NCBI GenBank assembly: GCA_963725875.1
Contig: CAVRZZ010000006.1
Location: forward strand, 313,847-377,846
DNA from: an uncultured Chloroflexia bacterium
Lineage (GTDB): Bacteria; Chloroflexota; Limnocylindria; Limnocylindrales; CSP1-4
DNA: 64,000 bases
Direction: 5' to 3'
Below are positions 25,074 to 34,679 of this stretch, one piece after another. The translations under genes were made by a program, and so were the position numbers. How positions within the stretch are numbered: the first letter of the stretch is position 1; each line of letters starts with the position of its first letter. The notes below the pieces were generated by a model. That model had not been told where the DNA came from and made no database searches. It was given only the letters and a program-made list of their open reading frames with translations.

Positions 25074-26909
25074 CTACCTGGCTCCTCCTGCGACGCCGGG
25101 CGTCCCGGCAAGCTGCGCGTCACGGTACGACTCCTTGTAAAGCCGCCCGTCCGTCGAGATCTCCTGGAGCTCGAACCGCTCCATCGTAATGGCGTCGAAC
25201 GGGCAGCGCTTCACGCACAGGGCGCAGCGGATGCAGCGCTCCTCGTCGAGGATCATCGCCGCGCCCTGGTCCCAGCCGTACGCCTCCTCGAGCTCCGGCA
25301 GGTACCCCTCCGACCTCATCTGATTCACGTCGATCATGTGGATGACGCCCTCGGGGCAGACGTCGGCGCAGGCGCCGCAGAGCACGCACCGGAAGGGGTC
25401 GAACCAGATGTTGTAGTTGCACATCAGGCAGCGGGTCGACTCGGCGACCGCCTGGGTCGTGGTGTAGCCCAGCTCGACCGAGGTCGTGAAGTTGACCTCC
25501 GGGTCGCGCGACGGCATCCGCACGTCGACCGGGGCCATCGGGACGTGCTGGCGCGGCAGGACGTCGTAGAACTCGGGCATCTCGTGGCGCCACGAGCTGG
25601 TGATCTTGACGTTGGCCGCCACCGTGACGTCGGTGCGGCCGGAGAGGTAGCGGTCGATGGCGTACGAGCACTTCTTGCCGTGCCCGGCCGACTCGATGAG
25701 CGTGGTCGGGCCGGTCACGAAGTCGCCGCAGGCGAAGACGCCGCGGACGTTGGTGGCGTAGGTGGCCGGGTCGACGCGGAGGCGGCCCCGCCCGACCTCG
25801 AAGCTCGACTCGACCGGCAGGAAGCTGAGGTCGGCTGCCTGCGAGACCGCCGGGATCACCGTGTCGGCCGGGACCACGAACTCGGAGCCGGGGATCGGCA
25901 CCGGCGAGCGCCGTCCCGAGGCATCCGGCTCGCCGAGCTTGTTGCGGATGAACTTCACGCCGGTGAGCTTCCCGGCCTCGCCGACCAGCTCGATCGGGCT
26001 GACGAGGAACTCCATACGGACGCCCTCGCGCTCGGTCTCGCCCAGCTCCTCCTCGTCCACGACGAGCTCCGAGCGGGTGCGCCGGTAGGCGATCGTCACG
26101 TTTTCGGCGCCGTGCCGGAGGCTCGTCCGCGAGCAGTCCATGGCCGTGTAGCCGCCGCCGACGACGACCACGTTCCGCCCCACGTCGAGCGGCTCGCCGA
26201 GGTTCGCCTTGCGCATGAAGTCGACGCCGTACTGGACGCCCTCGAGGTCGGACCCGGGGATGTCGAGGCCCACCGCGTCCATCGCGCCCGCGCAGATCGC
26301 GATGGCGTCGTAGTCGCGCTGCAGATCCTCGAACAGGACGTCCTTCCCGACGGTGGTGTTGTAGTGGAAGGTCACGCCCAGCCGCTCGACGAGCCGGACG
26401 TCCATCTCGATCGCCTCGCGCGGCAGGCGGAAGGCGGGTACGCCGATGAGCATCGTTCCGCCGCCGTACGGAAGGCTGTCGAAGACGGTGACCCGGTAGC
26501 CCTTCACGGCCAGCTCGCGGCCGACGGCCAGCCCGGCCGGCCCGGAGCCGATGACCGCCACCTTCTCGTCGCGTGGCGTGATCTCCGGGATCACGTCGGG
26601 GATGCCCGAGGCCTCGTGCCACTCCACGAGGAACCGCTTCATGGCCCGGATCGACAGGGGCCGGTCGATGTCGCCGCGCCGGCAGGCGCGCTCGCAGGGG
26701 GCAGAGCAGACGTACGCGCACATCGCCGCGACCGGGTTCGGATCGCGGGAGAGGATGTACCCCTCCTCGAAGCGTCCCTCGGCGGCAAGGTTCAGGTATC
26801 CCCGGCAGTTCGTCCCGACCGGGCACGCCTCCTGGCACTCGATGTTGCACTGGAGCCAGGATGCATCCACCGGCTGGACGAGGAACTCCTGGTTGGGGTC
26901 GATGGCCAC
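25074..26909 (-). CDS. FAD/NAD(P)-dependent FeS oxidoreductase (GltD/NfnB/DsrL-like) with C-terminal 2x[4Fe-4S] ferredoxin domain
   Basis: CQEACP..C, CAYVCSAPCERACRR, GSGPAG, GGGYTAMD, YRRTR, RCLMC, CVLCGACADVCP, CIRCALCVKRCP. Confidence 0.9.
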   Translation of the reverse strand: MAIDPNQEFLVQPVDASWLQCNIECQEACPVGTNCRGYLNLAAEGRFEEGYILSRDPNPVAAMCAYVCSAPCERACRRGDIDRPLSIRAMKRFLVEWHEASGIPDVIPEITPRDEKVAVIGSGPAGLAVGRELAVKGYRVTVFDSLPYGGGTMLIGVPAFRLPREAIEMDVRLVERLGVTFHYNTTVGKDVLFEDLQRDYDAIAICAGAMDAVGLDIPGSDLEGVQYGVDFMRKANLGEPLDVGRNVVVVGGGYTAMDCSRTSLRHGAENVTIAYRRTRSELVVDEEELGETEREGVRMEFLVSPIELVGEAGKLTGVKFIRNKLGEPDASGRRSPVPIPGSEFVVPADTVIPAVSQAADLSFLPVESSFEVGRGRLRVDPATYATNVRGVFACGDFVTGPTTLIESAGHGKKCSYAIDRYLSGRTDVTVAANVKITSSWRHEMPEFYDVLPRQHVPMAPVDVRMPSRDPEVNFTTSVELGYTTTQAVAESTRCLMCNYNIWFDPFRCVLCGACADVCPEGVIHMIDVNQMRSEGYLPELEEAYGWDQGAAMILDEERCIRCALCVKRCPFDAITMERFELQEISTDGRLYKESYRDAQLAGTPGVAGGAR

Positions 26910-27211
26910 GATGCGGTCGCCTACGTCCTCTCGGAAGGGGATCTGGTTGCGCTCGGCCGAAACCGACGCCCGGGGGATCGACGCGGGCGGATGCTACACG
27001 ACGATGCGCATGGATGCACGCTCCAATTGTCGGCACTGGCCGGCTCCACGGGCCGGCGCCACGGCGAGGATCCGGCGCGCCGGGGAACCGCCGACCGCTC
27101 CCGGGGACGCTCCCGAGATTGACGCGGGACCTCGGCGGAGCCTACGCTCGCCGTGGCCCGGACCGGGCGCTCGGGGGCGCCGGCAGCGGGTCCCGCGTGG
27201 GGAGCGAGCCT

Positions 27212-28627
27212 GTGCGCCTGACGCACCGCATCGTGGACCTGGTCGGCCGACAGCATGACCCGGCACCGCCCGCGGCCTTCCCTCTCCCACCCAGGGTACC
27301 GGCCTACCCCGCGATCGCGCCCGAGGAGGCCGCCCCGGTGCGCCCCGTCGGGCCCCCCGACACGGCTCCGGGCGGCCCGGGAGCGGCGGCGGCGCTCGGC
27401 GCCGACCCGTGCGGGCCGGCCCGGGTCGCCGCGCAGGATGCCTGCTCGCTTGCCGACCGGATGAACGCCCTGGCGATGGCGTCCCAGGAGCGGCACCGGG
27501 AGGTGCGCCGGGCATACGACGAGCACATCGGGCGGCGGCAGCGGGCCGCCGAGGCAGCGGACCCGCGGGCCGTGCGCGGCGCGAAGGACGAGGCCCAGGC
27601 CACCTTCCGAAGGGCGCGCCTCGCCGCGGCGGACCGCGGCGCGCTGGAGGCTGCTGCCGGCGAGTGGCTCCGGGAGATCGACCGCATCAACGCCCGGACC
27701 CGCGAGGCGGTGCGGATCGTGGCGCGCGAGGACGCGGCCGAGGTCGGCATGCTCCAGGCGGTTGATCGCCTCGGCGTCCAGGCCGACGGCGCCCGCATCG
27801 CGGCCGAGAGTGCGGCGGAGGCCTGCCGGAACGCCCGCATCACGCTGGCCACGTGCGAGGAGCACGACCGGATCGGGATTCCGGCGGCGGAGGTGCCCAC
27901 GCCCGGTGGTGCCACGCTGGCGCCCGCGTCGGTTGCGGCCCGGATCGGTGCTGCACCGCCGCCCCCGCCGCAAGGTGGGGCGGTCGCGCCGGCTGCCGCC
28001 GCGCCGGGGGGAGGTATCGCGACCCGGGGGCCGGGCCCCGACGCCGACGACGACACGGCCGCGTCGGAGCCGGGCGCCGTCGAGCCGGCCGTCCTCGCCC
28101 TCCTGGGGGGTGACCGGGCGGTGCGGCGGCGCATCGCCGCGACGCTGGCCGGCGGGGATCCCGCGGCCGAGCGCCACTGGGAGGGGCGCCTGGGGAGCCT
28201 CGTGGAAGCCGTGAGAGCCCGCGCGGTCGACAGCGCCGCCCTGAGCTTCCCCGAGGACCACGTCCTCTGGGGACCGTACACGCAGGTCCAGTGCCGCGAG
28301 ATCTCCGCGGCCCTTGCCGCACTCGGCTATGCCTTCGACGGCTCCGGCGGCTTCACCGACGGGCGCGTACCCGGCCAGCGGGATCTCTCGCTCGCGATCG
28401 GGTACGCCGGCCTCGACCCGATGCGGGTGCGAATCTGGCCCACCGAGGCCGAGCTGCCGAACCTGTACGCCGACGTCGAGGTCGAGGCCGGGCGGTTTCT
28501 GGCCGAGGCCGCCGGCGAGCTGACGCTCGGCGAGATGATCGATATGCTGGGTCGCCGCGCGGAGGACCTCGGCGAGCTCTGGAACGCCTGGGGGCGCATC
28601 CGGCCGCTGCTGCTCGGGCCGGCCTGA
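27212..28627 (+). CDS. Hypothetical protein (N-terminal helical/coiled-coil region, Pro/Ala linker, globular C-terminal domain)
   Basis: Long ORF with coding-like codon pattern; GGGGAG SD before GTG 27212. Confidence 0.7.
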   Translation: MRLTHRIVDLVGRQHDPAPPAAFPLPPRVPAYPAIAPEEAAPVRPVGPPDTAPGGPGAAAALGADPCGPARVAAQDACSLADRMNALAMASQERHREVRRAYDEHIGRRQRAAEAADPRAVRGAKDEAQATFRRARLAAADRGALEAAAGEWLREIDRINARTREAVRIVAREDAAEVGMLQAVDRLGVQADGARIAAESAAEACRNARITLATCEEHDRIGIPAAEVPTPGGATLAPASVAARIGAAPPPPPQGGAVAPAAAAPGGGIATRGPGPDADDDTAASEPGAVEPAVLALLGGDRAVRRRIAATLAGGDPAAERHWEGRLGSLVEAVRARAVDSAALSFPEDHVLWGPYTQVQCREISAALAALGYAFDGSGGFTDGRVPGQRDLSLAIGYAGLDPMRVRIWPTEAELPNLYADVEVEAGRFLAEAAGELTLGEMIDMLGRRAEDLGELWNAWGRIRPLLLGPA

Positions 28628-28680
28628 CTCCCGGCGGCCGGGGGCTCCGGCGCGAGCTCGGCCCGGCGCGACGACCTCGG

Positions 28681-29478
28681 TCAGGCGGGACGGGCCTCGC
28701 CGGTCACCTCGCCCGGGCCCTCGTCGGGGTCCTCGTCGATGACGATCACCCGGAACGCCTCCGCCGCCGCGACGCCGACCGGCTCGCCCTCCTCCCCCAG
28801 CCACGCCCGAATCCGCTCCGCGAGACCGTCGGGGTCTGCGACCTGGCTGGCGTGGCACCGCAGGGCGTCGATCTTCCGCCCGGCGGTCGCGCTGACGTCG
28901 ACCCATGCCGTCGGCGCGTTGGGCCAGAAGAGGTAGAGGCGGCGCACCTTGTGCGCCGCGAGGCCGGCGCGCACGAGGCCCGGGAAGGCCATCGGGTTGC
29001 GCGCCGCCGGGAAGACCGCGTCGACGGCGGCCAGCCCGGCCGCCCGGTGGTCGGCGTGGTTGACGCCGGCACCGGCGAAGAACAGGACCTCGGGGTCGTG
29101 GGTCAGAACCGCGTCGGGCCGGAACCGCCGGATCTCGCGGACGAGGAGCTCCCGCAGGGGCAGCTCGTTCGCCAGCGCCCCGTCCGGCTGGTGGAGGAAG
29201 ACGACCTCGTCGTACCCCACGATGGCGGCCGCCCGGCGCTGCTCCTCCTCGCGGGCCACCGCGAGCGCCAGCGGGTCGGCCGCGGGATCCTCGCCGCCCT
29301 GGTCGCCGGAGGTGCAGCAGATGAGCCGGCCGACCGAGCCGGCGTCGATCCACGCCGCGGCAGTCGCCGCCGGCCCGAACTCCGCGTCGTCCGGGTGGGC
29401 GGCGACCACCAGGAAGCGGGCCGGCCGCCAGGCGTGGGGCGACGGCTGCTCGCCCGCGCGGGGCGGCCCGGGGGTCAT
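28681..29478 (-). CDS. PIG-L/LmbE family deacetylase
   Basis: VAAHPDDAEF, CTSGDQG, REEEQR, NHADH, KIDALRCHASQ. Confidence 0.9.
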   Translation of the reverse strand: MTPGPPRAGEQPSPHAWRPARFLVVAAHPDDAEFGPAATAAAWIDAGSVGRLICCTSGDQGGEDPAADPLALAVAREEEQRRAAAIVGYDEVVFLHQPDGALANELPLRELLVREIRRFRPDAVLTHDPEVLFFAGAGVNHADHRAAGLAAVDAVFPAARNPMAFPGLVRAGLAAHKVRRLYLFWPNAPTAWVDVSATAGRKIDALRCHASQVADPDGLAERIRAWLGEEGEPVGVAAAEAFRVIVIDEDPDEGPGEVTGEARPA

Positions 29479-29644
29479 GGCCTGGCGGACGCGCCCGCGG
29501 ACACGGGCCCTCGCGACCTTGGGAACCGGCTCATCCATGGGCGGTTGTACACCGTATGCACGTCATGGCGACCTGGTGCTACCATCCGGATCTGAGGCTT
29601 CGCTCGTCTCCCCCCACGAGCGAGGCCTCCTTGATTCCCGGCCG

Positions 29645-29700
29645 GCGATCGACGCGCCTGCCTCGTGCGCGATCGAGACGCCTCCCTCGTGCGCAATCGA
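29645..29700. repeat. 24-bp tandem repeat (about 2.3 copies)
   Basis: GCGATCGACGCGCCTGCCTCGTGC / GCGATCGAGACGCCTCCCTCGTGC / GCAATCGA. Confidence 0.6.
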
Positions 29701-29706
29701 CAGCCA

Positions 29707-30189
29707 TCACCGCGCCGCCTTCGCCGCCTCGAGGGCCGAACGGACCTCCTCGGCGTGGCCCTCGGGCTTCACGCGGTGCCAGGCGTGCGCCACGCGGCCG
29801 TCCGGCCCGACGAGGAACGTCGAGCGCTGCACCCCCATGTACGTCCTCCCGTAGTTTGTCTTCTCGACCCAGGCGCCGTAGGCCTCGGCCGTGGCATGGT
29901 CCTCGTCGGACAGGAGCGGGAAGGTGAGGTGGAACTTCTCGCGGAACCGACCGTGGCTCGCGGCGTCGTCGGGGCTGATCCCCCACACGACGGCGCCGGC
30001 CGCAACCAGGTCCTCGTTGGCGTCGCGGAAGGCGCAGGCCTCGACCGTGCAGCCCGGCGTGTCGTCCTTCGGGTAGAAGTAGACGACCGTCCAGCGGTCG
30101 CGCTGGTCGGCCAGGCGGTGGATCCCGCCGTCTTCGTCGGGCAGGGCGAAGTCGGGGGCCGGATCGCCGGCAGCGGGCATCGTCGACAT
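29707..30189 (-). CDS. bcp: Peroxiredoxin Bcp/PrxQ
   Basis: YFYPKDDTPGCTVEACAFRD, GISPD, RSTFLV. Confidence 0.95.
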   Translation of the reverse strand: MSTMPAAGDPAPDFALPDEDGGIHRLADQRDRWTVVYFYPKDDTPGCTVEACAFRDANEDLVAAGAVVWGISPDDAASHGRFREKFHLTFPLLSDEDHATAEAYGAWVEKTNYGRTYMGVQRSTFLVGPDGRVAHAWHRVKPEGHAEEVRSALEAAKAAR

Positions 30190-30198
30190 GGACGGAGG

Positions 30199-30957
30199 CT
30201 ACCGCAGCGCGAGGATCGCTGCGAGGACGACCAGCCCGCCGAGAAGGATCCCGGCATCGACCGCGGACCAGCGGACGACCCGGAAGCGCGTCCGTCCCGG
30301 GCCGGCGAACCCACGGGCGTCCATCGCGACGGCCAGGCGATCGGCGCGGCGCACCGCGAGGACCAGCAGCCCCACGAGGACCCTCGGGTGCCAGCTGGCC
30401 CGCAGGCCGCGGACCCGGCGGGCCTCGCGCAGCGCCACCAGGTCCTCGGCGAGCCAGGGGATCGCCTGCAGCGCGGCCAGCGCGCCGTAGGCGAAGCGGT
30501 GCGGAAGGCGGGCCTGCTGGACCAGGGCGTCGGCAAGGTGGGTCGGGTCGGTGACGCGGCTCCACGCCACCCCGACGGCGACGATCGCGACGACGCGCAG
30601 GGCGAGCGCGATGCCGCCCTGGACGGCCGGCACCGTGAGGCGCAGCGGGCCGGCCGTCGCGACGACGGCCGCAGTGGGGTCCGCGTTGGCGGGGGCCAGG
30701 AGGGCGTTGAAGAGGCCGACGGTCACCGCGGCGAGCCAGAGGGGCGCGAGACCGCGCGCCAGGTCGCCGGGAGCCACCCTGCCGAGCACGAGGGCGGCCG
30801 CGATGGCGACGACCGCAACGAGGATCGGCGGGCGGGGATCGGTGGTGGTCGCGAGCGCCACGAGCCAGGCCGCCGCGACGGCCAGCGTCCCGACGGGGCT
30901 CGCGCGGCCCAGGGGGCTCGCGGCGACCCGGTCGCCCTGGACCGGCAGGCTGATCAT
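30199..30957 (-). CDS. ECF transporter T component
   Basis: TM helices plus ARRVRG and AMDARGF motifs. Confidence 0.88.
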   Translation of the reverse strand: MISLPVQGDRVAASPLGRASPVGTLAVAAAWLVALATTTDPRPPILVAVVAIAAALVLGRVAPGDLARGLAPLWLAAVTVGLFNALLAPANADPTAAVVATAGPLRLTVPAVQGGIALALRVVAIVAVGVAWSRVTDPTHLADALVQQARLPHRFAYGALAALQAIPWLAEDLVALREARRVRGLRASWHPRVLVGLLVLAVRRADRLAVAMDARGFAGPGRTRFRVVRWSAVDAGILLGGLVVLAAILALR

Positions 30958-32465
30958 CGCCCGGGCCTCGGGACGAGGCGGCCGTGCTCCAGGCGCACGA
31001 CCCGCTCGGCCATGTCGCCGGCGAAGCGGAGGTCGTGGGTCGCCGCGAGGATCGCCGTCCCGTCCGCCACTCGCTCGTGGAGGAGCGCCAGCAGGCCGTC
31101 GTAGGTCCGGCGGTCCTGGCCGAAGGTCGGCTCGTCGAGCACGAGCAGCCGCGGCCGGCGCACCAGCTGACCGGCAAGCGAGAGGCGCCGCTGCTCGCCC
31201 CCCGAGAGCGTGTAGGGGTTGCGGGTGCCGAACCGGTCGAAGGGAAGGCCGAGCGCGGCCGCGACGTCGCCGGCGCCGTCGCGCTCGCGCCCGACCAGGC
31301 CGGCCAGGACCTCGGCCTCCACCGTGCCCGCGAGGAATCCGCGCTCGGGGTCCTGAACGACGTAGCCGGCGAGCCGGGCCAGGTCCCGCGGGGCGATCCG
31401 CCCCGGGTCGCGGCCGGCGAGGCGGATGTTCCCCGCCGTCGGCCGCAGGAGCCCGACGAGGAGCCGCCCGAGGGTCGACTTCCCGCTCCCGTTCGATCCC
31501 AGGAGCGCGACCCGCTCGCCGGCGGCCAGCACGAGGTCGAGGTCGGCGAGCACCGGCGTGCCGCGCTCGTAGGCGAAGCCGACACCGCGCGCCTCGACGA
31601 GTGCGGCCCCGGCGCCGGCCGACGCGCTCCCCGGTGCCGGCTCGGCGCCGCCGGTGCCGGGCAGGGCCGGCAGCGGGTCGTCCGGGAGCCAGATCCCAGC
31701 CGCCGCCAGCTCGTCACGGCGCGTCGCGAGGAGGCTGGCGGGCGGGCCCACTGCCAGCGGACGCCCGTCGGCGCCGAGGGCCAGGACGAGGTCGGCGAGC
31801 GGCCACGCCAGCTCGGCGCGGTGCTCGACGAGCACGATCGTCGCGGCGCGGGCGGCGCGCACCGCGGCGAGACGGGCGGCGAAGGCTGCGGCACCCGCGG
31901 GGTCGAGGCTGGACGTCGGCTCGTCGAGGACGAGCAGCCCCGGCCGCGGGGCGAGCGCGCCGGCGAGGGCGAGCCGCTGCTGCTCCCCGCCCGAGAGGCG
32001 CGCCGTCCTGCGCCGCGCGAACCCCGCGAGGCCCGCTTCGGCGAGCGTCACGGGGACCCGAGCCCGCATCGCCGCGCGCGGCCATTGGCGCCCCTCCAGG
32101 CCGAACGCCACGTCGTCCTCCACCCGCTCCATCACGAGCTGGCTCGACGGGTCCTGCAGCACGAGCCCGACTCGCTCCACCGCGCGCGCCGGGTCGAGGG
32201 CACCGATGGGCTCGCCGTCGATCCGGAGCTCTCCCTCGAGGCGCCCGGGGACCGACCACGGCACGAGGCCGGCCAGGGCCCGTGCGAGCGTGCTCTTGCC
32301 CGAGCCAGAGGGGCCGACGATCAGCAGGCACGACCCCGCGGCGAGCTCGAAGGAGACGCCTGCGACGGCCGGATGGCTGCGCCCGGGATGGGCGATCGCG
32401 AGATCGCGGGCGACGACCTCGGCGGGCGACGCCGGCGGGGCGTCCGGGAGCGGGAGCGCGCTCAG
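30954..32465 (-). CDS. ECF transporter duplicated ATPase (YkoD-like)
   Basis: Two ABC domains (GPSGSGKST, LSGGEQQR, LDEPT; GSNGSGKST, LSGGEQRR, LDEPTFGQD); start apparently CTG 32465. Confidence 0.9.
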   Translation of the reverse strand: MSALPLPDAPPASPAEVVARDLAIAHPGRSHPAVAGVSFELAAGSCLLIVGPSGSGKSTLARALAGLVPWSVPGRLEGELRIDGEPIGALDPARAVERVGLVLQDPSSQLVMERVEDDVAFGLEGRQWPRAAMRARVPVTLAEAGLAGFARRRTARLSGGEQQRLALAGALAPRPGLLVLDEPTSSLDPAGAAAFAARLAAVRAARAATIVLVEHRAELAWPLADLVLALGADGRPLAVGPPASLLATRRDELAAAGIWLPDDPLPALPGTGGAEPAPGSASAGAGAALVEARGVGFAYERGTPVLADLDLVLAAGERVALLGSNGSGKSTLGRLLVGLLRPTAGNIRLAGRDPGRIAPRDLARLAGYVVQDPERGFLAGTVEAEVLAGLVGRERDGAGDVAAALGLPFDRFGTRNPYTLSGGEQRRLSLAGQLVRRPRLLVLDEPTFGQDRRTYDGLLALLHERVADGTAILAATHDLRFAGDMAERVVRLEHGRLVPRPGR

Positions 32466-33058
32466 GTCGGCGAGCCCTCGCGGCCGTCGACGCCGTCGAG
32501 CACGCCCGCGTCGCGCAGCGCGCGGGCGAGGAAGAGCGACCCCCCGGCCACGACCACGACGCCCGAGACGGCCATCAGCGCCCCGACGAGCAGCTGCGTC
32601 GCGACCGCGACCTCCGCAAAGTAGAAGGCCCAGTCGAGAAGCCAGGCAGCCAGGCTGGCGAGGACGCCCGCGGCGACGACGACCGGCCACGTGAAGACCC
32701 GGTAGCGCGTGGCGAGGAAGGGGAGCTCGCCGGCAAGGCCCTGGACCACGCCGTAGAGCAGCACGATCACGCCCCACTGGGAGCCGAGGATGGCCGACAC
32801 CGACGCCGCGACCACCTCGGCGAAGACCCCGGACCCGGGACGGCGGATCACGACAGGGGCGAGGACGGCGGGGATGAGCCACGGCCCGTAGAACAGGTTC
32901 TGCAGGGGTCCGAGGAACGCCAGCGCCGGCCAGGCGAGGTTGCCCCAGGCCCAGAAGACCACGCCGAAGGCCGCGCCGAGCACGGCCGTGACGACGACGT
33001 CGCGGGTGCGCCAGCCGGCGCCGCCTCGCGGACCGATCGAGGGTGCGAGCGAGCTCAT
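32462..33058 (-). CDS. ykoE: ECF S component for thiamine/HMP (YkoE family)
   Basis: WRTRDVVVTAVLG..FGVVFWAW, RRPG, QWG, QGLAGEL.F; TPP riboswitch upstream. Confidence 0.88.
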   Translation of the reverse strand: MSSLAPSIGPRGGAGWRTRDVVVTAVLGAAFGVVFWAWGNLAWPALAFLGPLQNLFYGPWLIPAVLAPVVIRRPGSGVFAEVVAASVSAILGSQWGVIVLLYGVVQGLAGELPFLATRYRVFTWPVVVAAGVLASLAAWLLDWAFYFAEVAVATQLLVGALMAVSGVVVVAGGSLFLARALRDAGVLDGVDGREGSPT

Positions 33059-33768
33059 GGGAGGTCCCCCTTCAGCGCATGGGTTTCCGAGTGGGTCTCG
33101 ACGACGAGCAGCCGGCCGGCGCGCAGCGCGACACGCGCCCAGGTGCCGGAGCGGACGTTCGAGAGGCCCCGTGCCGGGCCGACGGCGAGCGGCTCGTCAC
33201 GGAGCGGGTAGGCGAGCCCCTCGGTGCTGACGCCCTCCGCGCCGGCGCCGAAGGGGAACAGCGAGACGAGGTCGCCCGACCGGCCGGGCAGCTCGACCAC
33301 CACGGGCCCGGAACCCGCGTCGAGCAGCCGGACGCGCGCGGCGGCGTCGAGGAGGACGACGGCGCGCCCGGCCAGCGCCGGGTGGGCCAGGAGCCAGGCG
33401 TTGGCGAGGGCGTGGTCGAAGCGAGGGCCGCCGAGCGCGCCCAGGACCGTGAACCGGGTCGCCCCGCGCGCCAGCGCCGCCAGCACGGCGAGCTCGAGGT
33501 CGGACTCGTCCTTCGCGGCGGCAGCGAGCTCCACGGGGATTCCGGCCGCCCGCACGGCGGCGAGCCCGGCGGCGTCGAGCGAATCGGCGTCGCCGACGAC
33601 GAGGTCGGGGCGCAGGCCGACCCGGGGCGCCTTGGCGGCGCCGCCGTCGGCTGCGACGACCAGCGCGACGTCGACGTCCCAGCCGGGCCAGGCGGCGTCC
33701 AGCGCGGCGCGGGGCGGCACGTCGCCGTCGCCGACCAGGATCGCGTGCAGGCCGTCCGGGCTGCTCAC
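33055..33768 (-). CDS. thiN: Thiamine pyrophosphokinase
   Basis: AADGG, VGDADS, KDESDLELA, GALGGPRFDH.LAN, GLAYPL, RGLSN. Confidence 0.93.
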   Translation of the reverse strand: MSSPDGLHAILVGDGDVPPRAALDAAWPGWDVDVALVVAADGGAAKAPRVGLRPDLVVGDADSLDAAGLAAVRAAGIPVELAAAAKDESDLELAVLAALARGATRFTVLGALGGPRFDHALANAWLLAHPALAGRAVVLLDAAARVRLLDAGSGPVVVELPGRSGDLVSLFPFGAGAEGVSTEGLAYPLRDEPLAVGPARGLSNVRSGTWARVALRAGRLLVVETHSETHALKGDLP

Positions 33769-33810
33769 GGAATCGAAACGCCTCCGCGGGATGGGACGGA
33801 GGCGTCGTCT

Positions 33811-33902
33811 GGACTCCCTTCGCCGGCATGACCCGGATCAGGTTCCGAGGGTCTGCGGGTGGTTCCCGCACTCTCAGCGCCGCCGCGGCGCTCCCCTGTC
33901 CC
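33811..33902 (-). ncRNA. TPP riboswitch
   Basis: GGGGAGC...GCTGAGA...ACCC.CGGAACCTGATCCGGGTCATGCCGGCGAAGGGA consensus upstream of thiN. Confidence 0.95.
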
Positions 33903-33943
33903 ACTCTTCTGTTGGGCCGGACTCCGGCCGGCGCGGACCGAGT

Positions 33944-34588
33944 CTACACCCGCCTCGCGAGGAACCCGTCGACCCAGGCGGCGACCGACAGCGCGATCTC
34001 GTCGGCACCGGCGGCACGGAGGGCGGCCGCATCTCCCAGCACGGAGTCGATTCCGACGGCACGGGCGCCGGCGGCCCGGGCCATTCGCATGTCGTCGAGC
34101 GCGTCACCGACGTAGACGACGCCGTCGGCGGCGGGCCCGAGGCCGAGCTCCCGGACGGCCCGCAGGAGCGGCGCCGGGTGCGGCTTGGCCTCGGCGAGGT
34201 CGTCCCCGTGGACCCGGACCGGGAGGAGCGCCTCCAACCCGTGGCGCCGCAGCTGGGCTCCCACGTTGTCGCGGTGGCCGGCCGTCACCAGCGCCAGCGG
34301 ATAGCCCGCGGCATGGAGGCGCTCCAGGGCCTCGCCGGCGCCCGGCAGGAGCTGGGCCTCGTCGCGTCCGCGGTACGCGGCCCACCAACGGCGCCCCGCC
34401 TCCTCGATCACGTCCTCGGGGAGCCCGGCGGTCCGGTAGAGCACGCGCCAGTCGGGGGTCCAGGTGCGGCAGTAGTCCTGCCACGTCAGCCGCAGGCCGA
34501 AGCCCGCCACGACCTCCTCGGTCGCGACGTACATCAGGTGGAGCGTGTCGGCCAGGGTGCCGTCCCAGTCGAACACGACGGCGCGCAT
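33944..34588 (-). CDS. HAD-family phosphatase (Gph-like)
   Basis: FDWDGTLADT, LVT, KPHP, YVGDALDD; GGAGG SD. Confidence 0.92.
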   Translation of the reverse strand: MRAVVFDWDGTLADTLHLMYVATEEVVAGFGLRLTWQDYCRTWTPDWRVLYRTAGLPEDVIEEAGRRWWAAYRGRDEAQLLPGAGEALERLHAAGYPLALVTAGHRDNVGAQLRRHGLEALLPVRVHGDDLAEAKPHPAPLLRAVRELGLGPAADGVVYVGDALDDMRMARAAGARAVGIDSVLGDAAALRAAGADEIALSVAAWVDGFLARRV

Positions 34589-34679
34589 CACCTCCGAATC
34601 GTAGTCCGCGGCTGCGGTGCGTGCCGTCCGGCGATCGGCGAGGGCCGGGCCCGGCGGCGCCGATGCTAGACTCCGGGCC

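Noticed and set aside
25074-26909. Glutamate synthase small subunit (gltD) or sulfur-metabolism dsrL
   Set aside because: No gltB or dsr genes are adjacent; the extra ferredoxin domain and the bc-operon context argue for a different role.
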